A DNA stretch of 63,870 nucleotides, the filler included, from Syncephalis fuscata S228 (lineage: Eukaryota > Fungi > Zoopagomycota): assembly GCA_025786725.1 (NCBI GenBank). It is 5 parts of 5 records of this genome, joined end to end, with 100 filler letters (N's around TTAATTAATTAA, not from the genome) between each part and the next. Parts side by side here need not be neighbours in the genome. Positions count along the whole stretch, not along the records: positions 34,173 to 55,708 come from JAHLTZ010000152.1; positions 55,809 to 61,315 come from JAHLTZ010000336.1; positions 61,416 to 63,870 come from JAHLTZ010000356.1; 2 more parts are not named here. One strand, 5' to 3'. A program made the translations under genes and the position numbers. Each line of letters opens with the position of its first letter. The first letter of the stretch is position 1. Shown here piece by piece: positions 53,355 through 63,870 of the stretch. The notes under the pieces were generated by a model. That model ran no database searches, was not told the origin of the DNA, and was given only the letters and a program-made list of their open reading frames with translations.

Positions 53355-55708
53355 TTAGTCAAGACGTCCAACGAGCTCGGCATGCAAGTTATTCTGGTTG
53401 TAATCAAGTGTCATTTCGTAGCCACCAACACGCACCACAATATTGGCTTTAATGTCGACAAATAGCTTGCCACCCAGTACGGCAAACGCAGCCTTGATTG
53501 TGTCCCAGTTAAGGGCAAAACCAACAGTGATGGGCGGTGATTTGGAGACAGCCTTGGGTGCTAGCATAATTGGATTGGACGATAAATCTTGGTTAAGATC
53601 ACCTAGCGATGCACCTTTATAGAACATTTTAACGTTCATACGGATTACGGCAATGGGTGCATCAAGTGGATTAAACATATCAACCTGTCCTTTAGCCTTA
53701 CGTGTAAAGACCGTAGCAAAGTCAATAGCAACGCGTGTTGCTCGAATCATAGTAACGCCGTGCATAGCTGGCATTTTGGTTTTCATACGAATAGCCCCAA
53801 GTGCTTGTTGAAGTGATGCAATGTTGGTTGATTGGGCGTATCCAGAAATACCAATGTCATTTTCAACACCAGCCACATAGTCGCTCATCATGCGTTGGCC
53901 AGCCGCGCGTGCCGCTGCAGTTTGTGGCATGAAATAGACGGTGCTATGGACAACATTCTCTTTTGGCTTAAGACGCATATCGGGTATCTTTACTCGGCCA
54001 ATAAGCTGACCAGAGAAGTAGAGTTGGAAAAAGACATCACCACACGACATTGATAAATCCGCTGGATTGCCAATCGTCACGGTAAGTTGGATTTCAAGAT
54101 ATTCAGCCGTGCCGCCTTTAACGATGATTTCGTTAACGGTAATAGGAATGGTGGCAAGGCCTTCAAACCCTTTAATTGAGATGGATTCGTCGAATTTAAC
54201 ACCTCGAATGGTAAGATCGCCAATAGCGGTACCAACAATGGCGACGGCATTACCGCGCATATTCATTGATTTGCCAGGACCCATAGTCAAATCATGAACA
54301 AATTGACTAAATTGTGCATGCTGACTACTAATAACACTCATGGGCACACCGTTAATGCCAGTTTTCATAATGCCACTGGCAGATGTGCCTGATGCATCGG
54401 TCAATGGTACATTCATCGTGGCCATTTCCACGCCACCCTCAATAACCGTCACATCCTGCGAGATCTTTTTCATCTCAATAGGAAATCCAAATGGCATTTT
54501 GAAACGAGCCAGAACATTGGGTGCAGATGTACGCGGCGACCATGCTTCAGCTGCGGTGAAATCCATACCCATAGGGCCAAGTTCAAGACTTTGAATAAAT
54601 TTCATGCTACTAGTTCCATCAAATACAATATCGAGTGTTGTGCCTGCAAAGCCACGCTGAAGCCAGCTAATTGGCTTCGACTGTGCATTGGGCCGTACTT
54701 CAACGCCGACGACTTTAGTTTTTGATGGTTTGCCCGTGATATAGTTACTTAACATGCCACTAAGATTATCACGATCCTCAGCACGTGGTTGTGGCAATAG
54801 TCGACCTTGCATTGCCATTTGGTTTGTACCTGGTGTGACTTTAACACCTGTCACATTGGCTGATACAATACGTAGGTCATTGTAGAAGATGTCGAATGTT
54901 AAATCGCCCAAGTCAATACCAAATGGCGATGGATTATCCATTGAAGCATCGGCGTTCATAGCAATACCGCCAAGCGCATGGTTGGATGGCAAGTCGAAAG
55001 ATTTTAATTTAACATTAGGGAAATTCTGCATGCCTAAATACTGTGTTAATCTACTGTAGTACAATACCGAATTTTCGGGTTCATCAATTACTCACCTTTA
55101 AGCGTAATGTCTTTTTCCAATTTAATGCCGTCGAGTGTAATTCCCATGGCACGAGCACGCGCTTCACCTTTAATTGACCAGGTGAATTCGGATTTGCGCA
55201 TCATGACTTTGGCAAAATCACCAAAACCTTCCTTGTTGGTAACTTCAAAAGTAAGAGAAGAATCGATGGTAGCACCCACACCGGCTTTAGTAACTAGCGG
55301 GTCCATGGCCATACGACCCAGCTCAACTCCTTCGTAATAAAGCCGAACCTTGTCCTTGATTTCAATCTGAGCGTCAAATGGACCAGTGTCCGTTACCATA
55401 CCGGCCATCTGCATGGTAAAATAGTCTTCCTGTGGATTGGTAATATTGGCCGAGGTGATGGACATTTTGGCTGCACTAACGGCCGCCTGCGCAATGGCCG
55501 GCACAATAACGAAAATTAACACTGGAATAAAGATGGCCATAAATATAAGCGTGATGAGACAGCAAATGCACAGACACATTCGACGGCGTGTTTTGAAAAA
55601 GCCTTGTACGCCCTTCTTTTTCTGCACATCTGTACCATCACGATCGACGTTGTATTCCGAGTTTGCATATTCTGATCGTACAGTGCGATTAGCAGCATAA
55701 GGGTCGTA
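53355..55708 (-). CDS. DUF3712/Tag1-like type II membrane protein with repeated LEA_2-like beta domains, 5'-truncated by the linker; intron ~55095-55033
   Basis: Basic patch, CLCICC, one TM, then PAIAQAAV; repeated NPSPFGIDLGD / NPADLSMSCGD / NPLDAP motifs and PFGFPIE. Confidence 0.72.
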
Positions 55709-55808
55709 NNNNNNNNNNNNNNNNNNNNNNNNNNNNNNNNNNNNNNNNNNNNTTAATTAATTAANNNNNNNNNNNNNNNNNNNNNNNNNNNNNNNNNNNN
55801 NNNNNNNN
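55709..55808. other. Artificial contig linker
   Basis: N-TTAATTAATTAA-N. Confidence 0.97.
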
Positions 55809-56539
55809 TTAATTGATACTATTGCTATCAATTAACAGCAAGATTAAAAAAGGATATTGGAACAATTAATAATATATTATTTATTGGTAATATCCAAGTG
55901 ATTATTATTGATATTACCAAACAATATCCAAGCAAAGCATTAAATAAAAGCACATAGCTACTAAATAAGTAGATGCAAAGGTTTATACTTTTGCATCTCA
56001 ATCAACAAAATCAATACAATAAAGATTATACAATTAGTATATTTTGCACATACTAACTAGTCATTAAACAATTTAATAATGCTTATAGTATGATCAGCAG
56101 ATCAAAGGCAATATTTAAAAGCATTTAATGTACTGAACATGATAATGGATGATGAATAAATAAAATAGAAAATAGACATTAATGTAGAGTATTATCCAGT
56201 AAGCATATATCCAGTGTGCATATACTCAATATGCATACATCCATTATTTACATATATCATTGTATGATATCGTGTGTATATCATATTAATTGTAGAAAGC
56301 AATATACACGACTCATTCACGTCAGTATGTTATAGTGCTTATAACATGCAATGATTTATATTAATTATTACCTCACATATATGATTTATTGCATCGGTAG
56401 ATTGACACTCACATATTGAAGAATAGAATTTAGCACTCATTACCATAAGAGTTATGTACGTTTATATACACAGATGTAGCATTAACTAAACAATAATTTG
56501 CAATTAAATTATTGTTATAGGACATATATTGACAGACAT

Positions 56540-57070
56540 ATACTAATTGAATAATGGAACAAATAAAAAAGGAATTATTTGAATAAATGAGTGATTGACT
56601 AATTGACGGACAAATTGAATAACTAAATAAGCAACTAATTGAGCCAACTGAACAACTAAATGATCAACTAATTGAATAAACGACTAACTAATTGACCAAC
56701 TAATTGACCAAATATTGACTAACTAGTTGGCATAATTGATCAACTAATTGACTAACAATATTACAGACTAACGACTCGACTAATTCGTTGACATTAATAA
56801 TCAACAATATAAGAATTAGACAACCAAATGCATAAATGATTGAACAATAGACTAAATAACAGAATGGTTGACAGATTGACAGACTGGTCAACTAACGGAT
56901 TGAGTAAGCAATTAAATGACAGATAGACAGACACACTAAATAATGGAATAATTGACAGACAGACAGACAGACAGAACAACTAATTGATTAAATGACCAAC
57001 TAACAAACAAATAACCGACAGATTGACCAACTAACAATAAATGAAGACAGACTAACTAACTGAACAACTG
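56540..57070. repeat. Degenerate simple repeat (aactaattgac / gaca units)
   Basis: Many caactaattga-like and (gaca)n units; similar tracts at ~57290-57360 and ~57640-57720. Confidence 0.7.
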
Positions 57071-58954
57071 AAGCATAGATAGTATAAACATAGGTAGTTT
57101 AGCCCACCACATTTTAATATGTTTATTTTAGCACAATTTAGCACCAAAGTGTATATATGTTTATATGCATAGATATAGCATCAACTAAGCAATGTTTTGC
57201 AAGTTATTTGAATGTACTAGCTTGTATATTGACGGACTTTTACTAGTAGGCCAATTGACGCAATATTTGAGTAAAAATGGCAATAATTAGCCGATAATTG
57301 CCAATAGACTAACTAACTGAATAATGGACTAAACAACGGAATAATTGACCAAGTTAATTATCAATAGCATATTTGCATAATGTAATAAGTAGTTTATGCA
57401 ATAAATGTTACAAGTGCCAAATATTTGACTAAATAAAGCAAATTAACGGATAAATTGGCCAATACACACGTACTTTGTAAGTGAAATATATTTAGCACAA
57501 TATTGCACGATATGTATATACATTTACATAGACAATACAGCACAATAGGCAATATTATGCAATATATTTCATTGTATAGCTTGTGTATTGACAGAGTTGT
57601 ACTAGTGGACAATTTTAACAATATTATAGCAAATAGTAGAATAATTGACTAAGTATTTAAATAATTAACTAATATTTGAATAATTGACTAAATAATTGAC
57701 TAAAGAATGACTAAATAATTGAAGGTTGAAGTGAACTTTGCACCCCATTGACTTTAACAATGAATAACTCGAAAATAATAGCTCAAATGACATGAGAGTA
57801 GGGACAATGAAACAGAATGAACAGGAGATTAAGAAACAACAAGAAAACAGACAACGATTTTTTTATTTTTTTGAAAATAATTTTGACAATTATTTGATGA
57901 ATATTTAGGGCTAATTAAGATAGGGCTTGATAAAATAGGGCTAAAATAAGAAAAATAAGACAAAAATGAAAAATGAAGGAAAATGAACAAGAAGTTACAG
58001 AACAACTATACGAGCGATAGCGAGTTAGAAAACAACAAGAATAACGACAATAGAACAACAAAACAACAACAATAAGAGAAGAGAGAGACAACAAAAGGGT
58101 TCTACCACTACGGGACCTAGTATTGGAGTTCGAAAAACGGTCACGCTAATGGCTTCATATTAGGAAGGTGCCACTCAAGCAGTAGTGCTGTGGCAATGTG
58201 CTGTGCAGATTGAGGCCAATATGAGTAAAATACAACGAGTAAAGTGACCATTACATAGATAAATACGTAAAAACAACGCTGGGGAAGCGAGTGATGCGTA
58301 AAACAAACAAACAAAAACAAACAAAATACGGTAGCTGAACTACGAGTAATGACCTGCAAGAACCATACTGACTGGTCATTAGCTGAAATTACTGCAATGA
58401 CTGCAATGACTGCACTAGAATAGGCCAATTGACCCCCAGTAGCCAGTATACCATACAACAATCAACACACTATCATAATAAACAAATTATAGCAATAAAT
58501 AAACAAATTTATTTGTATACTTATTATTTTTACCAATATTTGACCAATATTGCTATGATATGCATATACAATTCTGAATAAAAACAATAAATATTTACAC
58601 ATCGCATTTTATTGATCCATTATAACCAGAATTGTCGTCTGAGTACGCAGAACCAATCGGATTTGCTGTATATTTTTTCGTTAATTTACTATTAATATTT
58701 TAGTGTGTCCAATTGTGACTGCGTAAACACGGTAATTAGCGAAATGAGTGTAATGAGTGACCAATTCAACTATAAAGCTATGGTCAAATGGACAACGCCA
58801 ATCGATAGAGCATGGCCAGTATACTGTATAATGATGTCTAATAAAATGAGCATGGAATGGAAAGTGTACAGCATAAACAGAATGTGAATAATGCAAGTAA
58901 ATGGAAGATATATGCATATTGGACAATACATTTACAACAATGAGTATTTGATGA

Positions 58955-59050
58955 TTGACGTCACTTACCATCCACCATCATGTTCAATACATTGAATGTG
59001 CAGTTCAACTACGCGAATGTTATCAATATAGTCATTTGACCCCCAAATCA
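58955..59050 (-). repeat. Copy of the ~100-bp dispersed motif
   Basis: The reverse complement tgatttgggggtcaaatgact...ttgaactgcacatt...ttgaacatgatggtggatggtaagtgac matches 13790-13875. Confidence 0.7.
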
Positions 59051-59534
59051 TAATATAATCTAATGATTTAATAATTTAATGAAAATGATTATTCAATAAA
59101 ATAAACGTTTAGTTTGACTGGGCGAGTGCTGTCAAACAAGGCAATTGGCACCAATCATAATAATTGTTTATTCATATTACATCAGCACTTGCACCCACAC
59201 TATAAAAACAGACTGCCGATCGCATAGCACACGCTTTGCGTCACACGTTCCTCTTTCTCATCCACCACACTTGACAGCATTCATCCACTAGCCACCTTTC
59301 CACTTGCACTTGTTTCCATAAGTTCAGTATATGCTTTGCTTGCTATATGTCATTGTTAGTCTATTAGTATAAGCATGCCTAGTCTTGGTACTACATACCG
59401 CCCTGCTGTATGGCGCCATACAGCAGTGCTAGCGGTATCGTTTTACCTTGTGGGCAGCTGCTAGTATGCTAACTGTGGCAATATATGCTACCAAACATAT
59501 ACCGTTATCTTCCTCTTTCTTTTCCTCTTTCTCT

Positions 59535-59900
59535 TCATCCTTTTTTTCACCAACCTTCCATTACTTACCGTACTAGCAACAGTGTATGCTGGATATATGC
59601 TACCAAGCATACACTGTTCTCATCCTCTTTCTCTTTACTCCTTCTTCCCTATCCTTTTCACCAACGTTCCATTACTTACCGTACTAGCAACAGTGTATGC
59701 TGGCTATATGCTACCAAGCATACACTATTCTCATCCTCTTTCACTTTACTCCTTCTTCCCTATCCTTTTCACCAACCTTCCATTACTTACCGTACTAGCA
59801 ACAGTGTATGCTGGATATATGCTACCAAGCATATACTGTTCCTTTCTCACCCTCTCCTCATCATTATCTCTATATCTTCCATTGCTCACCGTGCTAGCAA
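59535..59900. repeat. Minisatellite, 111-bp unit, about 3.3 copies, with an internal hairpin in each unit
   Basis: accgtactagcaacagtgtatgc occurs at 59567, 59678 and 59789. Confidence 0.9.
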
Positions 59901-60439
59901 TAGTGTGTTTAGCTACGGTAGTAGCATATAGTAGCACTCTGTACTGGCCATACAGCAGTGCCATTATATGCACTGCCTGTAAACACCTGCTAGCACGATG
60001 TTGCATTGGCAGCTCTTCTTCTCTTTCCCTTTTCACTTTAACAAACCACTTACCGGTCCTTCTTTATGGTGCACTGATTATGCAATGGTAAGTAACTAAC
60101 TTAAATCAGTCACTAACTCTACATATAATGCTTTAGATTTACAAGCCATCAAGTATCAAGTTCAAGGACAATGGCGATTAGTGTGTTAGCGGCCGGCTAC
60201 CAAGCAATATAACAATTAATGTTATATTGATGACTTTAGATTTAGATTACTAACTTACTAACCTGTATTGATAATTACAGCTTTATATTATAAATAAAAA
60301 TCACCAAATTGTTTTAGTGTGCTAGCGGCCGGCTACACAACATTGCAACATACTAACTTTATACATATATTGTTTTAAATTTTAGATACCAGATACTAAC
60401 ACTAACATTTATTGATTATTATAGATTTTAGATAGCCGG

Positions 60440-61200
60440 ACACCAGCACCAGCACCAGCACTAACATCAACGCCAACACCAGTACCAACACCGGTATCAG
60501 CACCAACATTGACACCAACACCAGCACCAGCACCGGCATCAGCACCAACACCGCATCGACATCAACACCAACACCAACACCAGCATCAGCACCAACACCA
60601 GTACCAGCATCAGCATCAGCACCAACATCGACACCAGCACCAGCACCAGTACCAGCACCGGCATCAGCACCAACACTAACATCGACATCAGCACCAGCAC
60701 CAGTACCAACACCGACATCAGCACCGACATCAACACCAACACCAACACCAGCACCAACACCAACATCGACACCAGCGCCAACACCAGCACCAGCATCGGC
60801 ATTAACACCAGCACCAGCACCAGCACCAACACCGACATCAGCACCAGCACCAGTACCAACACCGACATCAGCACCAGCACCAGTACCAACACCGACATCA
60901 GCACCAGCACCAGTACCAGCACCGGCATCAGCACCGACACAGCACCACACCGGCATCAGCACCAACACCAGCATCGGCATCAACACCAACATCAGCACCA
61001 GCACCGGCATCAGCACCAACACCAGCACCTCAGCCACACACACCAGCACCAGCACCAACACCGACATCAACACCAACACCACACCAGCATCACACCAGTA
61101 CTAGCACCAGCGCCGGCATCAGTACTACACACCAGTACCGGCATCAGTATCAACACCAAACACCAGTACCGTACCAACACATCGGCACCGGCACCAACAC
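60440..61200 (+). repeat. Hexamer-based (CCAGCA/CCAACA/CCGACA) tract that would encode Pro-Ala/Pro-Thr/Ser; possibly an exon of a mucin-like gene
   Basis: Period-6 repeat preceded by ACTAAC...TTTTAG acceptor-like signals. No clean start, and the phase slips. Confidence 0.6.
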
Positions 61201-61315
61201 AGTAACAATATTAACATTGGCATAAAAACTAACACTAACATTGTATTTATTATTTTAGATCCGTAGGTAGCCGGCCATGGACACCCAGCGTAAGTATTAT
61301 TATTATACATAGCCG

Positions 61316-61415
61316 NNNNNNNNNNNNNNNNNNNNNNNNNNNNNNNNNNNNNNNNNNNNTTAATTAATTAANNNNNNNNNNNNNNNNNNNNNNNNNNNNN
61401 NNNNNNNNNNNNNNN
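61316..61415. other. Artificial contig linker
   Basis: N-TTAATTAATTAA-N. Confidence 0.97.
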
Positions 61416-62271
61416 CGTACAAGTTTTTAATTTGATCAATATATGTAAAACTGACAGTAGTTAAACTGGACAGTTGTAAATCAGGCCGTCTGGATAATGA
61501 ATCGGCTACAATATTGTTTTTCCCGGGCTTATATTCGATCAATACGTCATATTCTTGTAATAGTTCTGACCATCTTGCTTGTCTGGTTGATAAATTCGGT
61601 TGACTCTGGAAGTACTGCAAGGTTTTATGGTCAGTATACGCGTGAAATGACGATCCATGTAAGTAGTGGCGCCAAATCTTTAAAGCATCTATTAATGCTA
61701 ATAGTTCTTGTTCATGTACCGGATAATTGCGTTCAGCGGGCTTCATTTTGCGCGAATGATAAGCAATGGGGTGCCAATGGCCATCACGATCTTGCTGCAA
61801 CAAGGCAGCACCTACAGCAAAGCCAGAAGCATCGGTTTCTACACGGAAAGGCTGATGTACGTCGACTATTTGTAATACTGGAGCTTGGGTCATTGTCTTC
61901 TTTAGTATATCAAATGATTTTTGAGCTTCAATGGTCCATAAGAAACGACGATCTTGACATAGTAGATCGGTAAGTGGTGTGGCTATAGCAGAGTAATTTT
62001 TAATAAACTTTCTATAGTAGTTGGCCAAGCCTGTAAAAGCGCGTATATCAGTGACGTTTCGTGGTGTAGGCCAATCAGAAATGGCCTTTATCTTAGCTGG
62101 ATCAGCTTTTACACCATTAGCACATAGCAAATGGCCTAAATATTCAACTTCATCCTTAAATAATTCACATTTTGACCATTTGGCGTATAAGTGGTTGTCG
62201 CGAAGTATTTGTAATACTTGGCGTAGGTGTCGTTCGTGGTCTTCTGGTGTTTTACTGTAGATGAGAATATC
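61416..62271 (-). mobile_element. pol: Ty3/Gypsy pol fragment (RT C-terminal half plus RNase H) of a host element interrupted by an inserted element
   Basis: From 62271: DILIYSKTPEDHERHLRQVL...SKCEL..EVEYLGH...DPAKI..W PTP; ETDASGFAVGAAL, ERNYPVHEQELLA, TDHKTL and NIVADSLSR. Confidence 0.93.
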
Positions 62272-62609
62272 TGTAACCGTTGATACAGCGAACTGTTGCG
62301 GTTACTACGAGTCACAATACAATAATGTATATAAAATAAAAATGAATATTGAAAGTGAACTAATGTCTTTATTTGTGGTCATAATCATACGCGTATTTAT
62401 ATTGTTCTATTGGATATATGGAATATCTAAGTAGAACAATAAAAGAAAATAAAATAAAAATAAAAGAAAATAAAAGATAAAGATAAAACAATACGCGGTG
62501 GCGGAGTGTTAACTTCATCGTGGACCATGTGTGATGATCGGTGTGTTTAAACACCGATCATAATGTCTAAAAATGGTAATAATAAATGAGAGGGAGAATT
62601 TTTGTTACA
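62272..62609 (-). mobile_element. 3' LTR (338 bp) of a chromovirus-type Gypsy element
   Basis: Starts TGTAAC and ends GTTACA (inverted termini); preceded by the polypurine tract GAGAGGGAGGGGGG (62626-62613). Confidence 0.85.
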
Positions 62610-62624
62610 ATACCCCCCTCCCTC

Positions 62625-63870
62625 TCAGGCGCTTGTCCCAAGTGCTAATCGTATGTGTGTGGAGTGTTCGTATTGATTTAATAGTTCTTGAGCATTTTGC
62701 AAGTTTTCAATTGGCTCCCAAGAACTGTCATCTTTTGAGTATCCTTTCCATTTTACTAAGTATTCCTCCACGTCATTCATCCCCACTTTTCTTGTTCTTC
62801 TACCTATTATTCTTTCCACTTCCCACTCAGCTTGTCCTTCAATCATTTCTGGCATAGGCATAGTAATTGCCGTTGGTCGTCCTGGAAATACGTTCGGATC
62901 TTTATACCTGGTAAGCTGAGAGATGTGTATAACTGGGTGAATGCGCATGCCTGGTGGTAGTTCGATCTTGTACGCGGTCGGACTAATGACCTCTATGATA
63001 GTGTACGGGCCAGTTTTACGCGTACGAAGGGCGGAGTTTGACTGTTCTGCTACGTGTCGTGGCATTGTGTGTCGTGTTGACAGCATTACTCGATCACCTA
63101 TTTGGAAGGTGTCATCTCGACGTCGTTGGTTAGCATATTGTGCCTGTCTATCCTGAGCGTACGATATGTTGTCTTTTACCGCCTTTTGTATCGCTTCTAG
63201 TTGCTGTAAAAACTCCTCAGCTGCTGGTACTGTTATATTATCGCTATCAGCTGGCATAGTCGTTGTTATTGGATGACGTCCATATACAGAGAAGAAAGGT
63301 GTAATACCAGTAGTAGCGTTAGTACTATTGTTATAGGCAAATTCTAATGCAGGTAAGTATTTATCCCAATCATCTTGTTGTTGGCTAATAACATGACGTA
63401 ACATTTCTTCGATGGTTCTGTTGGTTCGCTCAGTCTGGCCGTCAGTCTGTGGATGATTTGCAGTTGATCTGGCTAATTTAGTACCGGTAAATTCAAATAA
63501 GGCTTCCCAGAATCGGCTAGTAAATCGTGGGTCACGATCAGAGATTATGGATCGTGGAAGACCATGTAGACGATATACATGGTCGAAGTATAGTCGTGCG
63601 GTGTCAACAGCTGTGACAGTGTTGGTAGTAGGCACGAAGTGGGCTTGTTTACTAAAGCGGTCAACTACTACCATTAACGCATCTGCACCTTTTTCAGTGA
63701 GTGGTAGATGTGTAATAAAATCCATACTAACTGAGTCCCATGCATGTGCAGGTATTTCAAGTGGTTGTAATAAGCCACCTGGTCGTCGATTAGTGGCCTT
63801 ATTACGTTGGCAAGTATCGCAGGAAGTGACATAGCGGTGGACGGTGTTGTGTAGTGATGGCCAGTAAAAT
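62625..63870 (-). mobile_element. pol: Ty3/Gypsy (chromovirus) integrase plus chromodomain; the ORF is open past the window end
   Basis: FYWP..CDTCQ zinc finger, SMDFITHLP, VVDRFSK, SDRDPRF, HPQTDGQTER, GPY motif and chromodomain EWEVERI...YLVKWKGY...SWEP. Confidence 0.95.

Noticed and set aside
60402-61082. Minus-strand GAGVG silk-like ORFs
   Set aside because: These are shadow frames of a hexamer repeat, with no signal peptide, and the nearby splice signals point to the + strand.

Overview
AT-rich, intron-containing eukaryotic DNA that looks fungal (short GT-AG introns with CTAAC branch points; an early-diverging fungal lineage is my inference). The window is five pieces joined by four artificial 100-nt N/TTAATTAATTAA linkers, so gene order across the linkers is not reliable. 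Housekeeping genes: PKA catalytic subunit, PGM2-type phosphomutase, ZUP1/Mug105-like C78 peptidase, the 3' half of cytoplasmic dynein heavy chain, a SAM methyltransferase, MPP10, dihydroxyacetone kinase and a DUF3712/Tag1-like protein. There are also a multi-TM protein, a Gly/Asn-rich secreted protein, a nested Ty3/Gypsy insertion, a short retroposed insert, a foldback and dispersed repeats. Main finding: the apparent ~83-bp satellite at 17.7-19.7 kb is, on the minus strand, an array of 25 three-nucleotide micro-exons (TAG|NNN|GTAAGT). It lies between a signal-peptide exon and a terminal exon. Splicing all of them gives a stop-free 56-aa secreted prepro-peptide, MKLSIAVVCTVIVALIAATAMVDAKPVLARR-EPQVPVDENGRTKSGSAGRTVTPTP*, in which every codon after the RR site is split across two exons. 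This gene is invisible to the ORF track and could generate peptide variants by exon skipping.
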